A stretch of DNA of 25,134 nt, taken from assembly GCA_038833255.1 (NCBI GenBank), contig JAWBIX010000003.1, forward strand, positions 1 through 25,134, in the 5' to 3' direction. Shown piece after piece: positions 17,477 to 25,134 of this stretch; positions within the stretch are counted from its first letter, which is position 1; the number at the start of each line of letters is the position of its first letter. A program made the translations under genes and the position numbers. Source of the stretch: Nanopusillaceae archaeon (GTDB taxonomy: Archaea > Nanobdellota > Nanobdellia > Nanobdellales > Nanobdellaceae). The notes beneath the pieces are model-generated. The model made no database searches. It was not told the origin of the DNA and saw only the letters and a program-made list of their open reading frames with translations.

Positions 17477-18214
17477 ATGCTCTCAAAAAACAAATTGTAC
17501 ATCTTATTTTTTATTCTTGGTTTCTTTTTTGGATTAAATCTCAGAAATTTAATTCAAATAGATATTAAAAAAGAAGTAAATATCTTGGAAATAAACAGAT
17601 CTGTACAAATACCCTTAGTTGCCGTATCAAAAGATGGAAGAGGAGTTTTAGAGTATGGATATTTAAAAATAACTGAAGGATCTGGCAAAACATATATCTC
17701 AATAAATCCCTTCGTAGAACCTGATACTCAATATTCTTTTGAAATTGCAAAAGAATTTATATGTAAATATTTAAAAGTAGACTGTTCCAAATATGATTTT
17801 ATTTTAGAAATAGATTCTAAGTCTACTTTAGTTGGTGGTCCAAGTGCAGGAATATCCTTTGCTATAGGAATATATTGCGCTCTAAATAATAAGAATGTTA
17901 ATAATCTTATTGCTTCTACAGGAACTATCGATTCTAATGGAAAAATAGGTTTTGTTGGAAATATAATTGAAAAAGCCATAGCAGCTGCCGAAAATAATAA
18001 AAAATATTTCTTTATACCTAAAGGACAAAGTATTGTTTATACATATGAAAAAGTTGAAGAAATTAAAGAAATTTTTCCCGGTTTTATTATTAAAAGTGTA
18101 AGATATGTACCAAAGCCGATAAATATAACGGAAGAATTTTATAAAAAATATAATATGTTTATAATTGAAGTTTCTTCATTTTTAGACTTATTAAATTACG
18201 ATATATGTTTATAA
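17477..18214 (+). CDS. Membrane-anchored stand-alone Lon-type (S16) serine protease domain protein
   Basis: N-terminal TM/signal anchor LYILFFILGFFFGL. The Lon proteolytic-domain motifs are LVGGPSAGISFAIGIYCAL (catalytic Ser) and TGTIDSNGKIGFVGNIIEKAIAAAENN (catalytic Lys, compare GGIKEKLLAA in Lon). There is no AAA+ module. Confidence 0.8.
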   Translation: MLSKNKLYILFFILGFFFGLNLRNLIQIDIKKEVNILEINRSVQIPLVAVSKDGRGVLEYGYLKITEGSGKTYISINPFVEPDTQYSFEIAKEFICKYLKVDCSKYDFILEIDSKSTLVGGPSAGISFAIGIYCALNNKNVNNLIASTGTIDSNGKIGFVGNIIEKAIAAAENNKKYFFIPKGQSIVYTYEKVEEIKEIFPGFIIKSVRYVPKPINITEEFYKKYNMFIIEVSSFLDLLNYDICL

Positions 18215-18217
18215 ATA

Positions 18218-19090
18218 ATGAAATGCTCCAAATGCAATGATAAAGCAATAATAAGCTATCCTGTAAAATTTTGTAAAAAACATTTTACAGAATACTATAT
18301 CAATAAAATAAAGAATACGATAGAAAAATGGAAAATGTTTTCTAAAGATGATAAGATATTAGTAGCTGTTTCTGGTGGAAAAGATTCCTCCTCTTTAGCT
18401 TATTGCTTGCATTTATTGGGTTATGACTTTGAAGGACTATATATAAATTTAGAAATTCCTAATTATTCTAATTTTTGTGAAGAAAAAGTTAAAGAATTAT
18501 TTAAAATAATGAACAAAAAACTAAATATAATAAGAATATCCGAATATGGAGTTAAAGTAAGTAAAATAAAAAACAGACCTGTTTGTTCTGTATGTGGAAT
18601 CATAAAAAGATATTTAATGAATAAATTTGCATACGAAAATGGTTTTACAGTTTTAGTTACAGCACATACCGCTACAGATGAAGTTTCTTTCTTTTTTATG
18701 AATATTAGATCAGGCAATTTAATGGCAATTTCAAAACAAAAGCCAATTTTATTAGGGTATAAAAAATTTGTAAAAAAAGTAAAACCTTCTATATATTTAA
18801 CAGAAAAAGAAAATTTAATTTTTTCAATAATAAATAATCTACCAATATGTAGAATTGAATGTCCTTATTCAGAAAATAATACTCAAAATATAATAAAAAG
18901 AAAGATATATGAAATTGATAAAGAATTTAAAAACTTTATAATTTCTTCTATTAAATTTCTAGAAAAAGTTGAAATTCCAATTAAAGAATCTGAAATCTAT
19001 GAATGTAAAAGCTGTGGATATTTAACTTCCAAAAAAGATAATTTATGTTCTTTCTGTAAAATAAAAAATTACTTTAGCAATAAAAAATAA
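18218..19090 (+). CDS. PP-loop tRNA 2-thiolation enzyme, TtuA/NcsA (Ncs6) family
   Basis: N-terminal Zn finger CSKCN...CKKH. PP-loop VAVSGGKDSS. Fe-S ligands CSVCGIIKR and ECPYS. C-terminal Zn finger CKSCG...CSFCK. This is the ZnF/PP-loop/Fe-S/ZnF architecture of TtuA/NcsA. Confidence 0.8.
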   Translation: MKCSKCNDKAIISYPVKFCKKHFTEYYINKIKNTIEKWKMFSKDDKILVAVSGGKDSSSLAYCLHLLGYDFEGLYINLEIPNYSNFCEEKVKELFKIMNKKLNIIRISEYGVKVSKIKNRPVCSVCGIIKRYLMNKFAYENGFTVLVTAHTATDEVSFFFMNIRSGNLMAISKQKPILLGYKKFVKKVKPSIYLTEKENLIFSIINNLPICRIECPYSENNTQNIIKRKIYEIDKEFKNFIISSIKFLEKVEIPIKESEIYECKSCGYLTSKKDNLCSFCKIKNYFSNKK

Positions 19091-19122
19091 AAACATTTTG
19101 ATATTTAATTACTTTATGAATA

Positions 19123-20928
19123 ATGGATATCGGAAGAGTTAATTGGAAAGAAATTTTTGAAAATAGTGAACATTGGAGTGTAAAAATCGCAAAATTGGCA
19201 ATTGAAAGATTTAAAAAATATAAAAGTGAAAATAAAATAAAATCTGATAGTATTGTTATAAGATGTGCTGGAACTCCAACAGGAGTATATCATATTGGTA
19301 GAGCAAATGAAGTTATTAGAAGTTACTTTATAGCTAAAGCAATTGAAATTTTAGGATATTCTTCAAAAATTATTTTTACATCTGATGATAGAGATCCTGC
19401 TAGAGGATTTCCAGAAATGATTGTGGATAAAGACGGGTATATAGTTATGTTTCCGGAAGATCTAAAAAATGAATTTGAAAAAAAGTATAATGGCTTCCCA
19501 GTTTGTAATATTCCTGATCCTTTTAAATGTCATTCTTCATGGTCTGAACATTTTATAAACGTATTTTTAAATGAATTGAATGAATTAGGTATATTAAATT
19601 CTGTAAAATTTGAATATTACTCTCCAAACAATCTTTATATTACTGGAGAATGGGATGATGGAATAAAAAAAGTTTTAGAAAATAAAGAAAAAATAAAAGA
19701 AATTTACAGAGAATATAAACAACATATAAGGGAATATGCCTTTTCTCCTATCTGTGAGAAATGTGGAAGAATAGGAACAACCATTGTTCTAGAATATGAT
19801 AAAGAGAATGAAAAAGTTAAATATGTTTGTGGCGGAAGACATTTAAAGAAAAAAACAGTAGAAGGATGCGGATATGAAGGATATACAAGTATAAGAAATG
19901 GTAAATTAGAATGGTATATTGAATGGGCATGGAATTGGAAATACTTTGAAACTATAGTAGAACCTATGGGAAAAGATCATTGGGTGTCTTCTTGGAGAAT
20001 TTCTCCAAAATTTTCAAGAGAGATATTTAATTGGGAGGAACCCATTCCTTTATTCTATGATTATTTCACAATAGACGGAAAGAAAATATCTGGATCGAAA
20101 GGAAATGTATATAATATTACAGAATTTCTCAGAATTATAGAACCAGAAATATTTTTATATTTCTATACAAAGAAACCGGACTCTGAAAGAGATATAGCTG
20201 TAGAAAACATATTTCTACTAGTTGACGAGTTCGACAGATTTGAAGAAAAAGTTTACAAAACTCTAAATTTATTGGAAAATGAAGAGATTACATTAGATGA
20301 CTTAAAAGATGAAAAAACAATTAATAGAAAAAATTTAGCTACAATTGAAGATTTAACAGTTTATTATCTAGTAAGATTGGGAAATTTGGAAAAAGAAAAA
20401 CCATTTAGATTACCATATACCTTTGCTTCTATAATAGGACAAGTTATTATTCCTAGAAAGTATCTTGAGAAAACGGATAAACCGGTCTTTAAAGTATTTA
20501 ACGAGAATATAGATAATATTTTAAATAGAATTTCAAATATTATAAAATCTGCATATAAAGTAAACTTATCCTATTCTGAATTGTTAAGAGTATTTGAAAG
20601 ATGCAGAAAAGCAGGATATTGGGGAATAAAATATGCTCCAAGTCTTTATAAAATAGAAATTAATGAAGATGTAATTGAAATTGACTTAAATGATAAAGAA
20701 AAATTATTAATAAAAGAAATTATAAATATAATAAATTCTTCTTCAGACGAATATATAGAATTACAAACAAAAATACATAACTTAATAAAAGAAAATACAG
20801 ACCCTAAAGAATTTTACAAAAAACTATACAAAATATTAATAAAAAAGGAAAATGGACCAAAAATAGGTAATTTAATATTAACAATAGGAAAAGAAAAAAT
20901 TATAGAAATTTTAAGTAGATATGTTTAA
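19123..20928 (+). CDS. lysK: Lysyl-tRNA synthetase, class I
   Basis: HIGH-region TPTGVYHIGRANEV. PDPFKCHSSWSEHF matches PDPWGCHESYAEHF. A Cys-rich insertion is present (CEKCGR...CGG...GCG). PMGKDH is present, and the KMSKS variant is GKKISGSKGNV (compare GKMSGSKGNV). The C-terminus FYKKLYKILIKKENGPKIG matches FSTLYRLFIGKERGPRL of Pyrococcus LysK. Confidence 0.87.
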   Translation: MDIGRVNWKEIFENSEHWSVKIAKLAIERFKKYKSENKIKSDSIVIRCAGTPTGVYHIGRANEVIRSYFIAKAIEILGYSSKIIFTSDDRDPARGFPEMIVDKDGYIVMFPEDLKNEFEKKYNGFPVCNIPDPFKCHSSWSEHFINVFLNELNELGILNSVKFEYYSPNNLYITGEWDDGIKKVLENKEKIKEIYREYKQHIREYAFSPICEKCGRIGTTIVLEYDKENEKVKYVCGGRHLKKKTVEGCGYEGYTSIRNGKLEWYIEWAWNWKYFETIVEPMGKDHWVSSWRISPKFSREIFNWEEPIPLFYDYFTIDGKKISGSKGNVYNITEFLRIIEPEIFLYFYTKKPDSERDIAVENIFLLVDEFDRFEEKVYKTLNLLENEEITLDDLKDEKTINRKNLATIEDLTVYYLVRLGNLEKEKPFRLPYTFASIIGQVIIPRKYLEKTDKPVFKVFNENIDNILNRISNIIKSAYKVNLSYSELLRVFERCRKAGYWGIKYAPSLYKIEINEDVIEIDLNDKEKLLIKEIINIINSSSDEYIELQTKIHNLIKENTDPKEFYKKLYKILIKKENGPKIGNLILTIGKEKIIEILSRYV

Positions 20929-23543
20929 AATTTAAATTTTATATAAAATTTATCTATTTTTTTATCTCCTTCTTTAGTAGATATAATTGCATCTTTTGTC
21001 TCTAAATTTATTTCATCTATCTCGTTCTTTAGTTTTAACAATATTTTTATTACTTCATTAAATTCTACATTTATTTTTCCATATAGCTTCCTTTCTTTTA
21101 TTAGACTTCTTATATAATCTTCCAGAAGAGATAAAAACATTTTATTGTATTTATTTCTATCTTTATCCAACTTTTCTATATATAGATCTATATTTTCTAC
21201 TTTTATTCTAAATTTTTTTTCTATATTTTTTACAATTTTAATAAATTTATTGTATTCTTCTATTACTCTTTCGCCAGCAATTATTCTAAATCTTATTAAT
21301 CCATCTGCTATTTTTTCTACACCAATTATTTTAACAAAACCAATTTCAGAAGTGTTGTCTAAATGTGTACCAGAACAGGCTTCAGCATCCAAATCTTCTA
21401 TTTCTACAATTCTTAAGTTTACTTCTGGTATAAATCCACCCTGATATATTGTAAAGCCGTATTTGTTTTCAGCTTCATCTCTTCTTAGTATATATTTATT
21501 TATTTTTCTTCCTTCTAAAATTATCTTATTAATTTCTTGTTCAATTCTTTCTATTTCTTCTTCAGATGGTATTTCATAATGTGTAACATCTAATCTTCCT
21601 TCAAATTCATCTTTTTCAGCACCTGCTTGCCAAATATGGTTACCATAAAATTTTCTTAAAACTCCCGTAAGTAGATGAACTGCAGTGTGATGTTTTGCCG
21701 TTTTATATCTTATATCTCGATTTATTATCTGTAGAACTTCTCCTTTATAATCAATTTCCCTATCTAATACATGAAATACTATTTTATTTTGTTCAAAGCA
21801 TTTTAAAACTTTAGCATATGTTTTTTCAAATTCCAAAACATTTTCATTATATCCAATCATATACTCCTTTATTAGATCTTTTACATACTCTGGAAAGTCT
21901 ATATTTTCTATTATTTTTTTATTAAATTCTTTCAATCTGTCAATAAAAAATATCCAACCTTCATCACTCCTCTGTCCACCTTTTTCTGGATAAAATATTG
22001 TCTTATCAAAAACAACAATATTTTTATTTATAATATCTAATAATTTTCCACTAGTATAATATTTCTTCCAATTATCATAAAATTCTTTTATTGTTTCTGG
22101 ATAGTTACTATCTATAATTAATGGGCTCTCTATTTTTTCTACTTTTTTTGATCTTTTCTTATGTTCTTCTAAATATTTATAAAATTCCATTGGAATTTGA
22201 ATATTCTTATATTCCTTTACTATCTCTGGAGATATTCCATAGGATGTATAAAGTTCAAATAATGTTTTTGCATCATAAACTTCGATTTTGTCTAATATTT
22301 TTCTAGATTTATTTTTTATATCCAAATATTTCTTCTTTTCATATTCTAAAATTTCTGAAATTTCTTTTATATTTTTGACAAGATGTTTTTCATACCAATC
22401 TTCTGAAATTTTTTTGATTATTTCTTCTATTTCAATATTTTCAAAATATTTTTCTAAGAAATTAAAGGTTCTTCTAGCAATAAATCTTAAATTATAATTT
22501 CCTCCAATATTAGAAGGAAGTGCACCGTCTGATATAGCAATATATAATGACCTTAAATGATCAGCTATGGAGTATACCGCTCTCAAAGCTTTTATTTCAT
22601 TTTCTAAGTTTTTTCCTATTTTTTCTTTTACAAAATTTATAAACTCCTCTAATTTTTTTTCTGAAAAATCAAAATTTGCTGCAAGAGAAAATACTTTTGA
22701 CATTAGATCGTAATCCAAATCTACTTTCAAATTTTCTTTTAAAAAAGAAATAGTGTTAGGAAATACTGAATCATAAGAAGTTAAAGTTCTTCCCATAACC
22801 CAAGCCAATCTTTCATGACCTATACCAACATCAAGTATTTTTAAATTCTTTAATTCTTTCCATTCATCATCAATAACCTTATATTGCATATATACTTGAT
22901 TTGCCATTTCTAGACCAGCGTAAAAGAATTCCAGACATGTTCCAGCATTTCCACCACCAGACCACGTATCCTCATGAAAAACAAAATTTTCCACAGGGAA
23001 ATTATTTTTTTCAAACCATTCATATAAATCCATAAAGTACTGATTTATATCATATTCTTCAGGAGTTACAAAAGCATGCTGACCTAACATTACAAAACCT
23101 GTATAATGTCTTCCTGTTAATCCAACATTTTCTATATCGTTAAATCTCAAACAAAATTGTGGAATAAATATTTTTTTTGATGGTGGATCTATTATACCAT
23201 CTGTTACCCAAGGTTGAAATACCGTTATTGATGCTATAACAAAATCCAAATCATCTCTCCATCTAGCAATAACAGGATATCTTTTTATCGCTTTATACCC
23301 TTTTTTCTCAAAATGTAGAGATATATCTTCCAATATTTCCAAATAATTTCTTTTTTTAGAAACCTCTTTTCCTATAAAAGAATATTGTTCGTGATCACCA
23401 CAAATATCTCTTTCTTCTTTAGACCAAAAATATTTTCCACAAATTTTACATTTTCTTCTAATATAATTTAAATCTTTTAAAGAACTAACAGGAAAAAAAT
23501 TACTTAAATTTTTAGATAATACCTCTTCTTTTAAGAATTTCAT
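20925..23543 (-). CDS. alaS: Alanyl-tRNA synthetase (archaeal type), single uninterrupted gene
   Basis: N-terminal CKICGKYFWS...CGD...YSFIG, class II core blocks, and editing-domain motifs TAKHHTAVHLL and CSGTHL. 872 aa. It overlaps the lysK 3' end convergently by 4 nt. Confidence 0.93.
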   Translation of the reverse strand: MKFLKEEVLSKNLSNFFPVSSLKDLNYIRRKCKICGKYFWSKEERDICGDHEQYSFIGKEVSKKRNYLEILEDISLHFEKKGYKAIKRYPVIARWRDDLDFVIASITVFQPWVTDGIIDPPSKKIFIPQFCLRFNDIENVGLTGRHYTGFVMLGQHAFVTPEEYDINQYFMDLYEWFEKNNFPVENFVFHEDTWSGGGNAGTCLEFFYAGLEMANQVYMQYKVIDDEWKELKNLKILDVGIGHERLAWVMGRTLTSYDSVFPNTISFLKENLKVDLDYDLMSKVFSLAANFDFSEKKLEEFINFVKEKIGKNLENEIKALRAVYSIADHLRSLYIAISDGALPSNIGGNYNLRFIARRTFNFLEKYFENIEIEEIIKKISEDWYEKHLVKNIKEISEILEYEKKKYLDIKNKSRKILDKIEVYDAKTLFELYTSYGISPEIVKEYKNIQIPMEFYKYLEEHKKRSKKVEKIESPLIIDSNYPETIKEFYDNWKKYYTSGKLLDIINKNIVVFDKTIFYPEKGGQRSDEGWIFFIDRLKEFNKKIIENIDFPEYVKDLIKEYMIGYNENVLEFEKTYAKVLKCFEQNKIVFHVLDREIDYKGEVLQIINRDIRYKTAKHHTAVHLLTGVLRKFYGNHIWQAGAEKDEFEGRLDVTHYEIPSEEEIERIEQEINKIILEGRKINKYILRRDEAENKYGFTIYQGGFIPEVNLRIVEIEDLDAEACSGTHLDNTSEIGFVKIIGVEKIADGLIRFRIIAGERVIEEYNKFIKIVKNIEKKFRIKVENIDLYIEKLDKDRNKYNKMFLSLLEDYIRSLIKERKLYGKINVEFNEVIKILLKLKNEIDEINLETKDAIISTKEGDKKIDKFYIKFKF

Positions 23544-24375
23544 ATTTTTGCATTGTTAATATATCTTCCGTAGTTATTTCACCCCCACTAAGTATTTTCT
23601 TTTGTATTTCATTATATTGCCTTATAATTTCTTCTTTATCTATATTATCTATTTTAATTTCCTCCGTAGTCTTAGATATATTAGAAACATATTTACCGAG
23701 TAGATCCTCTAAAACTTTTTCTAATTCTAGTATTTTTTCTTTAATTTCTTTTATTTTATTTTTTATAGAATTGTATTCTTCTATTTTCTTCTTTAAATCT
23801 TCTTTTATATTTTTTATTTGTTCTTTAACTTTTTTTCTCTCCTCTATATTTTTCTTTATATTAGTTCCAATTATAATAAGTTTCGATCTTAAAGCTGACA
23901 ATTCTTTTTTCTTTTCGTCAATTTCTTTCAGAAATATTGTTAGTTCCTCGTATTTTCCTAATAATTTTCTTAAATATTTTATTCTATACCATATCTTCTT
24001 TTCTTGTTGATAGCTAAGTATTTCTGTTTGTAAGTAATACTCTAAAGTTTCTAATTCTTTAATGTATTTGTTTATATTATTTATAAGGTCCTTTTTCTTT
24101 TCAATCTCTTTTATCTTTTGGTCATGTATTGATAGTTCTTTTTTTATTTTTTCTATAGCTTCTAGTGTTTTCGCTCTTTCTTCCATTAATTTATCTATAG
24201 TATTAGTATATTCTTGTCTTTTATTTCTTAATTCTTTTAATTTCTCGAATAATTCTTTTATTTCCAAATACAATGTTTTCTTTCTTTTGTATAATTCTTT
24301 CTTTTCTTCTCCTAATTTTGAAAGCTCGGCTTTCGTTGTTATAATACTTCTATATATCTTTGACAACTCTGTCAC
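23512..24375 (-). CDS. K/E-rich coiled-coil protein (287 aa), COG1340-like, GTG start
   Basis: Continuous heptad-like K/E/L/I-rich sequence (KELYKRKKTLYLEIKELFEKLKELRNKRQEY...) with no enzymatic motif. The start codon is GTG (cac at 24373-24375). Its 3' end overlaps the alaS start by 32 nt. A TATA-like ATTTATAAAT (24398-24407) lies about 27 nt upstream. Confidence 0.6.
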   Translation of the reverse strand: MTELSKIYRSIITTKAELSKLGEEKKELYKRKKTLYLEIKELFEKLKELRNKRQEYTNTIDKLMEERAKTLEAIEKIKKELSIHDQKIKEIEKKKDLINNINKYIKELETLEYYLQTEILSYQQEKKIWYRIKYLRKLLGKYEELTIFLKEIDEKKKELSALRSKLIIIGTNIKKNIEERKKVKEQIKNIKEDLKKKIEEYNSIKNKIKEIKEKILELEKVLEDLLGKYVSNISKTTEEIKIDNIDKEEIIRQYNEIQKKILSGGEITTEDILTMQKYEILKRRGII

Positions 24376-24411
24376 TTCTAAAAAATATATTTTTAGTATT
24401 TATAAATTTTT

Positions 24412-24720
24412 TTAGAATCCGAAAAGTGAAGCCAATCCTTCTATTGCTTGTTCTTCCTTTTTCTCTTCTTTCTTTTCTTCCTTCTTAGATTCTTGAGCTG
24501 GAGCTGATGTTTGCACTGATACAGAAGGTGCTGAAACCATTATGGCTTCTTCTTTTATTTTTTCTATATCCACTCCTTGAATTGCAGCTAATAATGCTTT
24601 TATCATTGCCTCATTTACTTCTATTCCTGCACTAGCTAGCACTTTCTTAATATTTTCCTCATTTATTTCTTTTTTTGCTTCGTGCAATAATAATGCTGCA
24701 TAAATATATTCCATTCCCAT
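24412..24720 (-). CDS. rpl12: Ribosomal stalk protein P1 (aL12 / L12e)
   Basis: [26 protein letters not shown]...GV, a flexible A/P/E/K linker and the conserved tail EGLASLFGF. The canonical N-terminus [10 protein letters not shown] suggests the real start may be the second ATG at 24714 rather than 24720. Confidence 0.9.
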   Translation of the reverse strand: MGMEYIYAALLLHEAKKEINEENIKKVLASAGIEVNEAMIKALLAAIQGVDIEKIKEEAIMVSAPSVSVQTSAPAQESKKEEKKEEKKEEQAIEGLASLFGF

Positions 24721-24804
24721 TTATAATTTACAACAAAAGAAAGATTTAAAAGTCAATTTCGTAAAGTTTTTAATACAATTAAAAAATTTTAAAAAATAAA
24801 AGTT

Positions 24805-25134
24805 TTATTTTTCTATATTTTCAAATCTATTTTTTAATTTTTCTAAAACTTTAGGCATAGTAGTATATTCTAGATCTTCAAATGAAACTCTATGTGGCTC
24901 AAAAGGACCATGCCTTCTAAGGTAATCAGATATCATATTTGCTATGTTTCTAGAATAATCAAATGCTGGATCATCAAACATATCTTCTGGTCCTATAAGA
25001 TTTCCATTCTTTAATTGAAAACCTAAGGCAATCACTCTTGGAGGTCCATCAAATCTTGTTGGATGTGCATTTTTTAAAGAAACTGGCATTAATGGTCCCC
25101 AATGAGAACCTCTCATCCATCCTGCTACTAAATG
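24805..25134 (-). CDS. fbp: Fructose-1,6-bisphosphate aldolase/phosphatase (class V FBPase). C-terminal part only; the 5' end is off the window
   Basis: HLVAGWMRGSHWGPLMPV...RFDGPPRVIALGFQLKNGNLIGPEDMFDDPAFDYSR...RRHGPFEPHR..EDLEYTTMP matches the conserved C-terminus of the archaeal bifunctional FBPA/P. The reading frame stays open to the window edge beyond the track Met at 25116. Confidence 0.9.
   Translation of the reverse strand, partial: HLVAGWMRGSHWGPLMPVSLKNAHPTRFDGPPRVIALGFQLKNGNLIGPEDMFDDPAFDYSRNIANMISDYLRRHGPFEPHRVSFEDLEYTTMPKVLEKLKNRFENIEK

Noticed and set aside
23771-24415. Two plus-strand ORFs (79 aa and 117 aa, F/S/I-rich), and an apparent short-period DNA repetitiveness (aaagaa/ttcttt units) suggesting a tandem repeat array.
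   Set aside because: The periodicity is the codon-level signature of a K/E-rich coiled-coil protein on the minus strand. The plus-strand ORFs are its complement. No exact repeat unit or spacer structure is present.
24714-24720. Two extra N-terminal residues (MG) on ribosomal protein P1.
   Set aside because: Not rejected as coding, but flagged. The family consensus starts at [10 protein letters not shown] (ATG 24714). Either ATG is compatible with the TATA-like element at about 24744-24751, so the exact start cannot be resolved from sequence.

Overview
Very AT-rich, extremely gene-dense archaeal chromosomal segment. By eye it is roughly three-quarters A+T. Intergenic spacers are mostly 0-50 bp, and several gene pairs share ATGA start/stop overlaps. 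An archaeal origin is supported by TFB, proteasome alpha subunit, SBDS, an RNase P Pop5-like subunit, membrane-type LonB, archaeal adenylate kinase, class I LysRS, archaeal-type AlaRS, ribosomal stalk protein P1 and the bifunctional FBP aldolase/phosphatase. Three tRNA genes (Thr-GGU, Pro-GGG, Arg-GCG) have almost pure G:C stems in this AT-rich background. That contrast, together with the compaction, suggests a thermophilic, genome-reduced archaeon, possibly Nanoarchaeota/DPANN-like. The lineage assignment is inference only. About 7.4 kb in the middle (4933-12309) is a glycogen/alpha-glucan locus. It holds a eukaryote-type GT3 glycogen synthase, a second GT-B (GT4/GT5) glycosyltransferase, a GH57 enzyme and a GDE_C-type debranching enzyme. 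The most unusual element is a translationally coupled trio: a 97-aa unknown protein, a ParA/MinD-type ATPase and the GT3 glycogen synthase, followed by a small polytopic membrane protein. I propose this as a candidate, to my knowledge undescribed, ATPase-driven positioning or assembly module for glycogen synthesis. No CRISPR array, transposase, integrase or recognisable defence system was seen. All homology calls come from reading the translated ORFs against remembered family motifs, and no search was run.
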